This document shows positions 17,191 to 27,995 of a stretch of DNA of 49,159 nucleotides, piece by piece (positions within the stretch are counted from its first letter, which is position 1; each line of letters opens with the position of its first letter). The translations under genes and the position numbers were made by a program. Under the pieces are notes generated by a model that saw nothing but the letters and a program-made list of their open reading frames with translations, was not told the DNA's origin and ran no database searches. The stretch comes from Deltaproteobacteria bacterium (GTDB taxonomy: Bacteria; Desulfobacterota; Syntrophia; Syntrophales; Smithellaceae): assembly GCA_025355175.1 (NCBI GenBank), contig JANYAF010000181.1:1-49159 (forward strand), given 5' to 3'.

Positions 17191-20100
17191 TTAAATCGTT
17201 ATCTGCTGAGTCTTTTCAGATTCGCTTTCGTGCTTGCCGGAATAGACCATACCGGTCCATCCATCTATACAGATGAAATCCCCCGCCTTTATTGTATGCT
17301 CGTCAATTTTCGCGTAGCCTTGCGACTCAAATACTTTTAGTTTGCTGAAGCCAACAACGCCGACCTTGCCTAACTGCGGAATCGTTACTGCGGCATGTGA
17401 AGTTCCTCCTCCTTTTGCCGTAAGCAATCCTTCAACTTGCAAAAGCACTCCAACGTCATCGGGAACCGTATCAGGACGCAACAGGATAAGGGAAGTTTTC
17501 GGTTCAGCGCCACGGAAGTATGTAATATCCCCTTCTGAATAAACTGCCCTGCCGCAAAGAGCGCCCCCGCTCACCCCTATTCCCATTCCCAGTACTGATG
17601 ATTGCAAGACATCGGAATTCTTAAAGTGCTTCAGTCTTTTTGATTTTATTTGAACCATTTCTCGAGTTTGCAGTATATATAGTTTATCTTTGTCCGGCCC
17701 TTCAAAAGTAAATTCAATCTCCTGATGATTAAAGCCTTTTTCATAAATAAGGATTTCCGCAAGCCGGACCAGTTCCGCATAGATTTCCGGGAATTTTGCC
17801 TCAAGTGATATTTCCTCATCGCGATGTTCGGAAATTCTTTGCTTTTCTGAAATGGGATATGTCTCCACAAGGCCTGATACTATATCGTGTCCCTGAACCC
17901 CAAAAATGAAATCTCCATAAAGGGTTACATCAGATGATGAACCTTTAGGATCGCGGGTAAAAATAACGCCGGAACCCGAGTGCTCATTTAAGTTTCCAAA
18001 AACCATCGCCTGGACGACAACAGCAGTACCCCATTCATCTGAAAGATGCATCTGGCGGCGATAAATCTTCGCCTGCTCAGAATTCCACGATGCAAATACC
18101 TGTTGCACAGCGTGCTTTAGCTGCTCGATAGGCACGTCTGTGAGCGTAACATTATTGTCCACCATGCCCTGCCGATAGGCAAAGGCGAGTTGTTTCATCT
18201 GATCAGGAAGAAAGCGGATCTTTTTAGCTACACTGTATTTATGTTTGAAGCTCTCCATAATGACATCGAAGAAATTACGATTAAGGCCATGGAACATACC
18301 CCAGGTTTGCAGAAACCGTCGGTAGCAATCCCATGCCGCCCACTGGAATTCTTCTTTTTCGCAAAGCCCCTGAGCAATTGACGTGTTGATACCGACATTC
18401 AAAAATGACTGCATCATTCCGGGAAGTGAGACTGCGGCGCCGCTCCGAACCGATAAAAGCAGCGGATTTTTGCTATCACCAAATTTACGTCCGGTCATCT
18501 TCTCCAGCGTGGCTATCTCTTTGTTTACTCTGACGGCCAGATCATTGAAGATGTATTTATCGCCATAAACCGCATCAAAACCCCGAAATACTTCTGTGGT
18601 GAAAATAAACCCCGGAGGAACACGGAAACCAAGGGAAACCAGCTCTTTGAGAAAATATCCCTTGTTACCCAGAAGAATTTGATTATCTAACTTTTTATCC
18701 TTCTTATAAATGGAAGTAAGAGACAGTTCCGGGTTATAGGACATAACAAGTTTAAGGATCCGCTTGTTGTCCTTAAATCTGTCCTGTTCCGCGATGAGGG
18801 TTTTAATGACTGCATGGACAAAGTTATCCAACACCTGTATACTGAAAGCCTCTGACATTAACGCTCGGATAAAATTCTCCGAGTGCTGATAAACAACTTT
18901 TTCTTCCTTTTGCTGGTTTGATTTGGCATCATCAGCGGCATTATGCGGGAATACCTGCCGAATAATAACAGGTAGATTAGTACTGTGCGCGTCGATGTAA
19001 TAATCGCGGAGAATATCCTGAATACCTTTGGAAATGAAGCGGAAAATATCTATGTATTGCTCGAGGGTGAACTGCCTGACAGTCAAAGCGCTGGTCACAT
19101 ATTTGACTTTAGCTACCAAACCCTCTGTCGCAATCCCTTCCAGCTCCATGGCATTGATATAGAGCCACAAATATGTATGGATCTTAGTGATTGTGCGCTT
19201 GGTAATAAATTTCAAATTCAACGATTGAATCAATTCTTCAAAGAGCATGGTAGCCAAGCTCTCCAACCTCAAAGATAGACCGACGGCCTCAAATTTCTCC
19301 TCATGGTATGTTCCATACATCGACGGAATACCCGCCGCAATGTGTCTTTTGTAATAGATGTTTTCATAGAACTTAGTCTTCTCGGGAGAAAGAATCCTGG
19401 CTTTTAATATTGATAAAAATTTTAAAATGACCGTGAGGCTCTTATAATGATTCTTTTTGCCCAACGCAATTTTAAGCGATAATATTTCTGATTTTGGGAA
19501 AGCGTTTACCGCTTCCAGATCTTTTAATAAATCCAGGTACTGGGGATAATATTTTTTATACAACAACTGGTAGAGGCGGATCATAAGTCCGGTGCGCTCC
19601 TGATCACGTAAACTCACTCCTTTAATATGGTGGAACTCTTTTTGCACGCGGGCTTGGTCCCATTCCAGAAACTTACGGGGATCACTTTGAACCTTAGCAA
19701 ATAAATATTTAAATGCTCTGTGCATATCGTCAAAATATTCACCGGAATCCATCACCTGTTCGTAAACCTCGGCAGGAAGATGTTTGCGCACAAATTCCTT
19801 TTCGCCGGAAAACCAGTATTGAAAAATATCCTCCACAAAATCCACCAGCATACTGTTGCTTTCCACGTGGGACTGTTTCCGCAGAAAGTAAACAAGCTTG
19901 TCATTACGTTTCGATAGTTCATCCACATTAGTGGAGACATCTCTTAATTCGCCTTCGGCACCAATCTCGGTAAAATATACCGGAAAGACCCGCAGGAGTT
20001 GTTTTACAAGATTGTATGCCGGCGCTATCTCGGCGTTAAGCAGGGCCGAAATATCTTTCTGGATAAGATCGGTATCGCGGACAAAAATACCGCCAATTCT

Positions 20101-21429
20101 CAAGTTGACAATTAAGGCCGAAAGCAACCTCTTTGTCCATCTGGGTTTCAAAGAAATAATTTCCAGCCAGGATCTTATGTTGGCAATATGGGCGGGATTC
20201 ACCTGAACCTGCCATTCCGCGGTAGCCCCCTTAATTTCCGGATATTGAAAACCATAAGCAATCAGTTCATCGATAAATGTATCTACAAGCTGATGACTGT
20301 TTTGATCGAAGACTTCCTTGGCCATCGTGGTGATGCAATCAATAATGGCACTGCTGAACTCACGCCGGGATTTGCTCTTTTTCAGCAACCCGAAAATTCT
20401 CTGTACAAAATCATCCAGATTATCTTTTTGCCCTTCCTGAAAAACCATTTTCAGGGAATAATTTATTTCTCTCAGAGTAGTGCTGTGAATATCGTTAAGA
20501 CCCGGAACACTCATAATACTAAACAAAAAGTCCAGCTTTGCCAGATGCTGACGTCCTTGGAGGGCTGAGGATTTCTCCAATTGGCATGCAACCTGCGAAT
20601 ATCCATTAACTATCTGGAAATAGTCCGGCATCTCCAGATACTTCTCTGTCCAGCCAATACTAGTGCTTTTTGGTTTCTGACGAAGGGTTTCCAGTTCTGT
20701 GAGACGGAGCCGCAAATGTTCATGACTCAAAGGCTCAATGTAGCGTTTGTAGGAATTGTTTGCATCTGCTGATTCGCCTTCATCCGCGACAAGCCAATCT
20801 GAAGGATCGGGTTGTGAAAGCCAGTGCTGATATGTAATTTTGAACATCCTGTAGAGCAACTGGTCAAACGCAGTAATATCAACATTGATATTATTCTCCA
20901 TAATGTAACGTGTAGTTCTTTTAAGATAGGTTGATGTCTTTTTAAAGATAGCCTCCTCCCCATCAGATTCGGCCAGCAATAAGCCGATGATCTCGGGAAT
21001 TAAAACTAAATTACGGGGAAGTAATTCATTGCTTGAAGCAAGGATAGTGTCGATGTAATCGAACAGATAGTGGATGGCGCTGTCTTTGATATCATCACTT
21101 TGCGGTAATTGGATAACATCAAGGTAAATCTTAAGAATTACTCTAAGAACTGTGAGCCCATCCTGATGATTATTGTAGATGTAGAAATCACCGATGGAAA
21201 TTGATTTCAACTCTTTTAGGACAAATTCCCAGTTGACGAACGGATGATTTAGTTCGATCAGCAGATCCTGCGTTTTTTTCTGCAGGCCATAATGACTTCC
21301 CACAACCTTAAGCAGGGGGGCATATTGCTCAGGTATGGCAACGTCTACAGCCGTTCTTTCGAGATTTACTTTCAGCGCAGACGAAACCCATTTGTCGCTT
21401 TTTTCATCGGCAATATTTTTCAAAGTCAT
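17191..21429 (-). CDS. 1412-aa PPDK/PEP-synthase-like phosphotransferase: unassigned N-terminal region of about 900 aa, ATP-grasp domain and swivelling phospho-His domain, with no PEP/pyruvate domain
   Basis: The C-terminal ~500 aa aligns by eye to PPDK domains: LGNKGYFLKELVSLGFRVPPGFIFTTEVF, NPLLLSVRSGAAVSLPGMMQSFLNVGIN, AVVVQAMVFGN..SGSGVIFTRDP, LYILQTR and catalytic LTAKGGGTSHAAVT. The ORF stops about 60 aa after the His motif. Confidence 0.85.
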   Translation of the reverse strand: MTLKNIADEKSDKWVSSALKVNLERTAVDVAIPEQYAPLLKVVGSHYGLQKKTQDLLIELNHPFVNWEFVLKELKSISIGDFYIYNNHQDGLTVLRVILKIYLDVIQLPQSDDIKDSAIHYLFDYIDTILASSNELLPRNLVLIPEIIGLLLAESDGEEAIFKKTSTYLKRTTRYIMENNINVDITAFDQLLYRMFKITYQHWLSQPDPSDWLVADEGESADANNSYKRYIEPLSHEHLRLRLTELETLRQKPKSTSIGWTEKYLEMPDYFQIVNGYSQVACQLEKSSALQGRQHLAKLDFLFSIMSVPGLNDIHSTTLREINYSLKMVFQEGQKDNLDDFVQRIFGLLKKSKSRREFSSAIIDCITTMAKEVFDQNSHQLVDTFIDELIAYGFQYPEIKGATAEWQVQVNPAHIANIRSWLEIISLKPRWTKRLLSALIVNLRIGGIFVRDTDLIQKDISALLNAEIAPAYNLVKQLLRVFPVYFTEIGAEGELRDVSTNVDELSKRNDKLVYFLRKQSHVESNSMLVDFVEDIFQYWFSGEKEFVRKHLPAEVYEQVMDSGEYFDDMHRAFKYLFAKVQSDPRKFLEWDQARVQKEFHHIKGVSLRDQERTGLMIRLYQLLYKKYYPQYLDLLKDLEAVNAFPKSEILSLKIALGKKNHYKSLTVILKFLSILKARILSPEKTKFYENIYYKRHIAAGIPSMYGTYHEEKFEAVGLSLRLESLATMLFEELIQSLNLKFITKRTITKIHTYLWLYINAMELEGIATEGLVAKVKYVTSALTVRQFTLEQYIDIFRFISKGIQDILRDYYIDAHSTNLPVIIRQVFPHNAADDAKSNQQKEEKVVYQHSENFIRALMSEAFSIQVLDNFVHAVIKTLIAEQDRFKDNKRILKLVMSYNPELSLTSIYKKDKKLDNQILLGNKGYFLKELVSLGFRVPPGFIFTTEVFRGFDAVYGDKYIFNDLAVRVNKEIATLEKMTGRKFGDSKNPLLLSVRSGAAVSLPGMMQSFLNVGINTSIAQGLCEKEEFQWAAWDCYRRFLQTWGMFHGLNRNFFDVIMESFKHKYSVAKKIRFLPDQMKQLAFAYRQGMVDNNVTLTDVPIEQLKHAVQQVFASWNSEQAKIYRRQMHLSDEWGTAVVVQAMVFGNLNEHSGSGVIFTRDPKGSSSDVTLYGDFIFGVQGHDIVSGLVETYPISEKQRISEHRDEEISLEAKFPEIYAELVRLAEILIYEKGFNHQEIEFTFEGPDKDKLYILQTREMVQIKSKRLKHFKNSDVLQSSVLGMGIGVSGGALCGRAVYSEGDITYFRGAEPKTSLILLRPDTVPDDVGVLLQVEGLLTAKGGGTSHAAVTIPQLGKVGVVGFSKLKVFESQGYAKIDEHTIKAGDFICIDGWTGMVYSGKHESESEKTQQITI

Positions 21430-21574
21430 CTTGGAAAGCCTCTAATACTTAGACTAATCAGAATTTGCACAATATTTCAAGTGCAGAAAGTTTACGGTTT
21501 TTCTTAATAATGAAATGTTTTTAAAATAATAAATATTAAACTTATAGATGTAATGGCCGTAGTTTTTGGGGTTG

Positions 21575-21614
21575 TATTTTATGAAAAGGCGGGAAAGTAT
21601 TACCTGTCCCGCCT
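21575..21614 (-). terminator. rho-independent terminator candidate after the acyl-CoA dehydrogenase gene
   Basis: AGGCGGGA (21587-21594) pairs with TCCCGCCT (21607-21614) around a 12-nt loop. On the minus strand the stem is followed by TTTCATAAAAT. It lies 43 nt after the stop. Confidence 0.5.
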
Positions 21615-21657
21615 CCTCAAATTGCTTATATGAAGGATATAACCTCTTACAAAACCG

Positions 21658-22806
21658 TCATCTCTGGCCGAGGAGTTTGCGGGCCACGACAACACGCTGG
21701 ATCTCATTAGTTCCTTCGTAGATCTGACATATCTTGGCATCGCGCATATGACGTTCTGCCGGATATTCCTTGACGTAACCGTAACCACCAAAGATCTGAA
21801 CGCACTCAATTGCCGCTCTCATGGCGACATCGGAGGCAAAATATTTAGACATAGCCGATTCCTTTTCGAAATCATGGCCGTTATCCTCCAGCCATGCTGC
21901 CCTAAGCAGCAGAAGCTCTGCGGCATCAAGTTCGGTTGCCATATCGGCCAGTTTGAACTGGATTGCCTGATTGACTGCGATGGGTTTCCCAAACTGAACA
22001 CGCTCTTTGGCGTAGGCAATCGAATCTTCCAGGCATGCCCGACCAATTCCGCAGGCCTGAGCGCCGATGCCGATACGGCCTGCATTAAGCCCCGCCATCA
22101 TCTGCTGGAAACCCTGCCCATGCTTGCCCAATAAATTTGCTGCCGGAACTTCTGCGTCCTCGAAGACAAGTTCGGATGTACCGGATGCCAAAATACCCAT
22201 TTTCTCTTCGATCTTTCCCACTTTGAAGCCGGGGGTTTCCTTTAAATCTACTATGAGGTTGATAACACCTTTATAACCAAGGGATGTATCCGTAGTTGCC
22301 GCCAAAACACAGTACCGGGCAACATTACCATTGGTAATGAAAGTTTTTGTTCCATTGACAATATACTTGTCGCCCTTCAGCTCCGCTTTGCAACGCAGCG
22401 CCGCGGCATCTGATCCGGCTCCGGCTTCTGTTAAACCATAACAGCCTTCTACCTGCCCACCCGCCACAGGTTGGAGAAATTTTAGTTTCTGTTCATGAGT
22501 TCCGAAAGTCTTGACCGGATGACCGTAAAGAGTGTTGTTCACAGACACGATGACACCACAACTGGCACAGGCTTTAGAAATCTCGATCATGGCCATGACA
22601 TAGGTCACGTTATCCATACCAGCCCCGCCGTACTCTGTAGGAACAGATACTCCCATAATTCCCATTTCGCCAAGCTTACGGCAGATCTCCTCCGGATGAC
22701 GATGAGTGTGGTCCAAATCCGCGGCAACGGGTTTAATTTGCGTTTCGGCAAATTTACGAACCATGTCCCTGACCATTAATTGTTCTTCTGTTGGTGCAAA
22801 ATTCAT
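21658..22806 (-). CDS. acyl-CoA dehydrogenase (short/medium-chain type)
   Basis: 382 aa. LTEAGAGSDAA, ITNG, QIFGGYGY and IYEGTNEIQR motifs. AGGAGG RBS. Confidence 0.9.
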   Translation of the reverse strand: MNFAPTEEQLMVRDMVRKFAETQIKPVAADLDHTHRHPEEICRKLGEMGIMGVSVPTEYGGAGMDNVTYVMAMIEISKACASCGVIVSVNNTLYGHPVKTFGTHEQKLKFLQPVAGGQVEGCYGLTEAGAGSDAAALRCKAELKGDKYIVNGTKTFITNGNVARYCVLAATTDTSLGYKGVINLIVDLKETPGFKVGKIEEKMGILASGTSELVFEDAEVPAANLLGKHGQGFQQMMAGLNAGRIGIGAQACGIGRACLEDSIAYAKERVQFGKPIAVNQAIQFKLADMATELDAAELLLLRAAWLEDNGHDFEKESAMSKYFASDVAMRAAIECVQIFGGYGYVKEYPAERHMRDAKICQIYEGTNEIQRVVVARKLLGQR

Positions 22807-22923
22807 TTAACCTACCTCCTGAATATTTTTATTATGAAATATAACTTAATTTACATTAATTTCTGAAAATCAAAGATAATCATCTTCGGCTTTATCAAAG
22901 AAATAAAGAGAGAATTACTGATA

Positions 22924-23706
22924 TCATTTCCCCTGAAACACCGCTGCTCTGCGTTCGATGAATGATTTTATGCCTTCCTGCACATCTTCACTTTTCATCA
23001 CCTTCTCTAACTCCTGGAAGATAGAATCCTTGGCTGCCTGCTCGCCCTTAAGCGCCGCGGTACGACAGGATTTCAAAATGCTGCGCACACCCAGCGGAGC
23101 AGCACTGGCAACACGCCGTGCAATTTCCAGAGCTTTATCAAACTGTTTTCCTGGTTCGGTCAGATGTTGTACCATACCAAAACGATATGCATCTTCGGCG
23201 CTCCATTCATCACCTGAAAGCAGATAGCGCTGAGCGTTGCCCCAACCAATCTCTTTGGGCAAACGCAAAGTTGCTCCGCCGCAGGGGAAAAATCCGCGAC
23301 GTACCTCTAACATTCCAAACCGCGTGTCCGTCGCGGCGACACGAATATCCGTATTCAAAAGAAATTCAACCCCCCAAGTGTAACAATATCCCTGCACAGC
23401 TATAATTACCGGTTTACTGCAACGAGTATCATTCATCATATAAAACGGATCGATTTCAGTTTTCTTGTCTATGGGAAAACCTTCGCCGCCGCTAAAAGCT
23501 TCGGCCCAGTCGGTTAATTCCAGTCCGGAAGTAAAATGAGGACCTGCGGCATAAACAAGCCCTACACGCAAATCCGGATTTCGATCTAACTCAAAATAGG
23601 CTTGAGCTATCTGGTGAAACATTTCGCGCGTCATCGCGTTATATTTTTTTGGCCGGTCTACTTCCATCAGCAAAATATGGTCTTCTGTTCTTACATTAAT
23701 CGTCAT
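22924..23706 (-). CDS. enoyl-CoA hydratase/isomerase (crotonase) family protein
   Basis: 260 aa. DRPKKYNAM, GPHFTSGLEL, AVQGYCYTWGVEFLL and a PLG...K tail typical of the crotonase fold. Confidence 0.85.
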   Translation of the reverse strand: MTINVRTEDHILLMEVDRPKKYNAMTREMFHQIAQAYFELDRNPDLRVGLVYAAGPHFTSGLELTDWAEAFSGGEGFPIDKKTEIDPFYMMNDTRCSKPVIIAVQGYCYTWGVEFLLNTDIRVAATDTRFGMLEVRRGFFPCGGATLRLPKEIGWGNAQRYLLSGDEWSAEDAYRFGMVQHLTEPGKQFDKALEIARRVASAAPLGVRSILKSCRTAALKGEQAAKDSIFQELEKVMKSEDVQEGIKSFIERRAAVFQGK

Positions 23707-23911
23707 GATGATTTCCTCTTAAGAGATATTTTATTTCTTCTAAACCGAAGGGAGTATAAGTAAAATGATATTGTGTGTCAACGTAATAATGATTCTGCGA
23801 TTTTTTTCAGATAATAGTGATTTTATATCATATATAAGATTTTTTGATCTTGATTTTCAGATGACTTTGAGGTTATTTTACCAAATAAAGATCAAAGAAT
23901 AAGGAGACAAC

Positions 23912-24661
23912 ATGCTGGGAAGAATATTATCAACCTACATACTTATTGTTATGGCAATAACGTTCCCCCTTTTTTTCGTCGCCGCGTTTATAATTTGGCT
24001 TATTACAATTCCTTTTGATAAGCACCTGAAGTTCCTGCATTACTATACCTGCTTTTGGGCATCCGTCTATACATGGCTTATGCCGACCTGGTTTGTAAAA
24101 ATCGAGGGAAGGGAAAAATATAAAAAAAATACTACCTACATGATTGTCTCCAATCATCAATCGCAGTTGGATATTCTGGTGCATTTCAGGCTTTTTTTAT
24201 ATTATAAAATCGTCTCCAAAGCTGAAATTTTCCGTATACCTTTTATAGGCTGGAATATGTATCTTAACCGTTATATTAAACTTGTTCGCGGGAATAAAGA
24301 TGGCGCAAAAGAAATGATGGCAGCCAGTGAAAAAACCCTGGCGGCAGGTGAGTCTGTGTGTATTTACCCGGAAGGAACACGCTCCCACGACAATGAGATC
24401 AAGGCCTTTAAACCGGGTGCTTTTATCCTTGCTAAGCAAGCCAAAATACCGATACTGCCGGTAGTATTAAACGGTACCGGTATCGCCCTGCCCAAATGGA
24501 AAATGAATACCGAAGGCCTTCACCGTATAATCGTACGCGTGATGGATGAAATCCCTTATGAACGTTTCGCCAATCTTTCAGTTGAAGAAACCGCCGATAT
24601 GGTGAGACAAATCATGATTGACGAACTTGCCAAATTAAAAAATGATATGAATAACTTTTAA
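23912..24661 (+). CDS. plsC: 1-acyl-sn-glycerol-3-phosphate acyltransferase
   Basis: N-terminal TM helix, NHQSQLD (HX4D) and YPEGTRS motifs. AAGGAG RBS. Confidence 0.85.
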   Translation: MLGRILSTYILIVMAITFPLFFVAAFIIWLITIPFDKHLKFLHYYTCFWASVYTWLMPTWFVKIEGREKYKKNTTYMIVSNHQSQLDILVHFRLFLYYKIVSKAEIFRIPFIGWNMYLNRYIKLVRGNKDGAKEMMAASEKTLAAGESVCIYPEGTRSHDNEIKAFKPGAFILAKQAKIPILPVVLNGTGIALPKWKMNTEGLHRIIVRVMDEIPYERFANLSVEETADMVRQIMIDELAKLKNDMNNF

Positions 24662-24677
24662 CTTATTAACCATACAA

Positions 24678-26519
24678 TCATTCCTGATAAAGTTTTTCTA
24701 TCTGTTCTTTATATGCTTCCTGCACCCTTGCGCGCTTTAGTTTCATGGTTTGAGTAAGCAAACCGTTTTCCAGTGTAAAATCTTCAGCGGTAAAAATAAA
24801 TTTCTGTGGTATTTCATACCCACCATAAGATTTTCTCAGACGTTTAGTAATGGCTTCAATTAAATATTCCTGGATGTTTTTATTCTGGACAATTTCTTCA
24901 GGAGTCCCTTTTGCCCACATGGCAATCTTCTCATCCCTTTTGATTGTCTCCAGATTCGGCACAATCACGGCAATGTTGTGGGCTTTATTGTCTCCCCAGA
25001 CGAAGGCATTGGCAATATTATGAACAAGCTTGATATCGGTTTCAATCGATTCAGGGTGCACATATTTCCCATTAGAAAGTTTATACTCATCCTTGAATCT
25101 GCCGGTAATGAAAAGAAATCCTTCGGCATCCAGGCGGCCCCGATCGCCCGTGTGGATTCCCGGAAAACCTTTCCAGGTATCCTTTGTCATGATCTGTGCC
25201 GTTTGCTCCGGTTTATTATGATAACCCATCATTACGTGAGCACCATAGGCTAGAATCTCTCCGTCATCGCTATCCGGGCCTACCTGAGATTTGTCGATTA
25301 CTACATGCATATCATCAATAGCCTTACCAACGGAACCGTATTTGTTACCATAAAGTGGAGAGTTCATGGTAATTGCAGGTGCTGTTTCTGTAAGACCATA
25401 GGCATCATAAGTAGGGATGCCAATATCGGCAAAAAACATTGCTATTTGGGGATTCATCACAGCACTGGCTGTAAATACCCCAGTAACCTTACCACCAAAT
25501 TTGGCGCGAATTTTGGAAAACACAATCTTATCCAAAATCTTCAGCAAAAACGATTTTGTGTTCTTGTTTCTGCATTTGGTTGCCTCCGCGACAGCCAGAT
25601 TGAAAAGCAGCTTCGTTGCTCCACCCTTTTCAGCCATCGCCATCTGGATACCGTCGTAAATTTTATTAAAAATCTTTGGCACTGCAATCAGAAAGGACGG
25701 CTGCACAAGTTGGAGATCTTCGGCCAGCTTATCGACAGATTCCATCAGCCCAATCGCTCCGCCGAATTGCAGAAAATTGTGCAGTTCTGCACTTAACCCG
25801 TAACTGTGTGCCCATGGTAAAATTGCCAGAGAAATGGCATTCTCATCTAATGTGGGGAATATTTTGCGTCCGGTTCGTGAACAAGCCGTTAAACTGCCGT
25901 GAGAAAGAAGCACACCCTTGGGATCTCCTGTAGTACCTGATGTATAGATTAATTCGGCCGCGTCATACCAGTTAGGTTTTTCCGATTTGTGCGGATTTTT
26001 TTTACCAATCTCTTCAATTGCCTGAAGATAATTTTCCCCGCCACCATAAATAACATAAATATCCTTCAGCGTTTCAATGTCATTTTTAAAGATTTTTACT
26101 TTTTCCAGTATGGCATCATCCTTGACAAAAAGAAATTTTATGGCGCTGTCTTTGATTATATATTGCCATGTCCGCTGAAGCTCCTTTTCATACATCGGAA
26201 CAAACACCGCGCCCAAGCCATGGGCGGCATTCTCCAAGATAAACCACTCTACCGAATTGCCGACAATGACCCCTAGCGCATCCCCTTTACCCAAGCCAAG
26301 TTTATGCAAACCGGCTCTGGTGTTGTTAATTCTTTCAGCAAGTTTTCTATATGTTATCCATTCAATTTGTTTTGTTTGCGGATTTTTTGTTCCGATAGCG
26401 TTACGATCCGGCCAGCTGACGACGCTGTCTTCAAACAAATCAACAAGATTGCGTGGGTGCTTATAATATTTATCCAGATTAATGATTTGCTCTTCAGTAT
26501 ATTTGATCATCTTTATCAT
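24678..26519 (-). CDS. long-chain fatty acid-CoA ligase (AMP-forming)
   Basis: IYTSGTTGDPKGV, YGLTE, TGDRG and a late K motif. The GGGAG spacing favours the 4th codon (ATG at 26510) as the true start. Confidence 0.9.
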   Translation of the reverse strand: MIKMIKYTEEQIINLDKYYKHPRNLVDLFEDSVVSWPDRNAIGTKNPQTKQIEWITYRKLAERINNTRAGLHKLGLGKGDALGVIVGNSVEWFILENAAHGLGAVFVPMYEKELQRTWQYIIKDSAIKFLFVKDDAILEKVKIFKNDIETLKDIYVIYGGGENYLQAIEEIGKKNPHKSEKPNWYDAAELIYTSGTTGDPKGVLLSHGSLTACSRTGRKIFPTLDENAISLAILPWAHSYGLSAELHNFLQFGGAIGLMESVDKLAEDLQLVQPSFLIAVPKIFNKIYDGIQMAMAEKGGATKLLFNLAVAEATKCRNKNTKSFLLKILDKIVFSKIRAKFGGKVTGVFTASAVMNPQIAMFFADIGIPTYDAYGLTETAPAITMNSPLYGNKYGSVGKAIDDMHVVIDKSQVGPDSDDGEILAYGAHVMMGYHNKPEQTAQIMTKDTWKGFPGIHTGDRGRLDAEGFLFITGRFKDEYKLSNGKYVHPESIETDIKLVHNIANAFVWGDNKAHNIAVIVPNLETIKRDEKIAMWAKGTPEEIVQNKNIQEYLIEAITKRLRKSYGGYEIPQKFIFTAEDFTLENGLLTQTMKLKRARVQEAYKEQIEKLYQE

Positions 26520-26711
26520 CTCCCGTTTAACTGATTAATTTAGTAAGATGGTTATTTTGCCAAAACAATTTCACTGACCTTCCGAATCATTTTGTTATCT
26601 CCCACACAAGGCCAATAGTTCCGTCTTGCTTCCTGCTGCATCAGAAGAATAGCCTATCTAATCCAGCATGTCCATAATAAAATAAATGGATGACATTGTG
26701 ATATTATTTTA

Positions 26712-27911
26712 TCAAGAGATTTTGCTTTGCCCCAGATCTTTACCAAATATCCAAAAATATATTGTCCCGATAAGTCCACAGGCAAATGCCGTCAGAAAAT
26801 TAACTTCTGGGGATATCTGCCAAAGAAATGCTCCACCTATTGCGCCAATGGATACAATGACATCGCGAATTAGATAATACAATCCAAACATTCCTGCTTT
26901 TTTGTCTTCCGGCGACAAATCCATAATCAGAGCCTTACGGGTCGGCTCGCCAAATTCCTTCAACCCCCGGATAACAAAGGCTACAACCATCATCCAGAAA
27001 GAATAAGAAAATAACATCACCAGAGGGAAAATTGTAAAGTTAAAAAATGTAATGACGACGAAAGGCTTCTTCGTGGAACGGTCGGCGAGATAGGCCACAG
27101 GTATATAGACCAAAACTGCAGCAATCATTTCAATGGCGGTAAGCAGCCCGAACTGGGTTGCTGTAATTCCCTGATTTTTAATGCACCAGACCACGACAAA
27201 GGCATAAGGAATCTGCTCGGCAAAACGAATCAAGATGTCAGACACTAGCAAGTTCTTTAGCGCCGGACTCATAAAATGCCAGAGACGCGAAGGCCTTTTT
27301 TCCGCTTTACCCCGAACGCCATCAGCCTCAATCATAACCTGCTGAAGGATAAGTGAAAGTATTCCCAAAAAAAATGCTCCCACAAAAGCAAGCCTTACAC
27401 CTGTTTTATCTCCGTAAATCCCGATGAGAACTCCACCAATTATCGGCCCCAGTGCCATCGGTAGCCGCCGAACAAGCGAATGCATCGTGACACCCATGGT
27501 GCGTTTCTCCTGTGGCAGAACACGGGAAACAAGACTCATGGTTGCCGGAAGCGATATGGCTGACCACGAAAGGAAAAAAATTGCGCCGACAAGCACCGCC
27601 TGCCAGTAGGGAAAAATAATGACAATGGCGTAACCCAAAAGGGCAATTAAGTTAAAAATTAGCAGTGCTTTTTTGTAGCCCATACGGTCGCTCAAATAGC
27701 CGCCGGGGAAGGAATATAGGGCGGAAAGAAGATTAGTCATACCGTTGAGCAGACCGATCGTAAGCGCGCCTCCGCCCAGAGCCATCAGATAAATCGGCAA
27801 AAAACGCTCGGCCATTTTCTCCCCAAGGCCGACCAGGACAACCATGGCGAGCAAGGCCACCATACTTTTTCTCAGGCCGAAAAATTCAGAGATTCTATCT
27901 CGTAAACGCAT
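26712..27911 (-). CDS. MFS transporter
   Basis: 399 aa with about 12 hydrophobic helices and a GGYLSDRMGYKK loop motif between TM2 and TM3. Confidence 0.8.
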   Translation of the reverse strand: MRLRDRISEFFGLRKSMVALLAMVVLVGLGEKMAERFLPIYLMALGGGALTIGLLNGMTNLLSALYSFPGGYLSDRMGYKKALLIFNLIALLGYAIVIIFPYWQAVLVGAIFFLSWSAISLPATMSLVSRVLPQEKRTMGVTMHSLVRRLPMALGPIIGGVLIGIYGDKTGVRLAFVGAFFLGILSLILQQVMIEADGVRGKAEKRPSRLWHFMSPALKNLLVSDILIRFAEQIPYAFVVVWCIKNQGITATQFGLLTAIEMIAAVLVYIPVAYLADRSTKKPFVVITFFNFTIFPLVMLFSYSFWMMVVAFVIRGLKEFGEPTRKALIMDLSPEDKKAGMFGLYYLIRDVIVSIGAIGGAFLWQISPEVNFLTAFACGLIGTIYFWIFGKDLGQSKIS

Positions 27912-27995
27912 TGCCCTATGTCTCTTTAAGATATGCTGCTTCTAACTTTTCTTGTTTGCTGCAATAACCAATACATTTTTTACACCAGACCCTTC

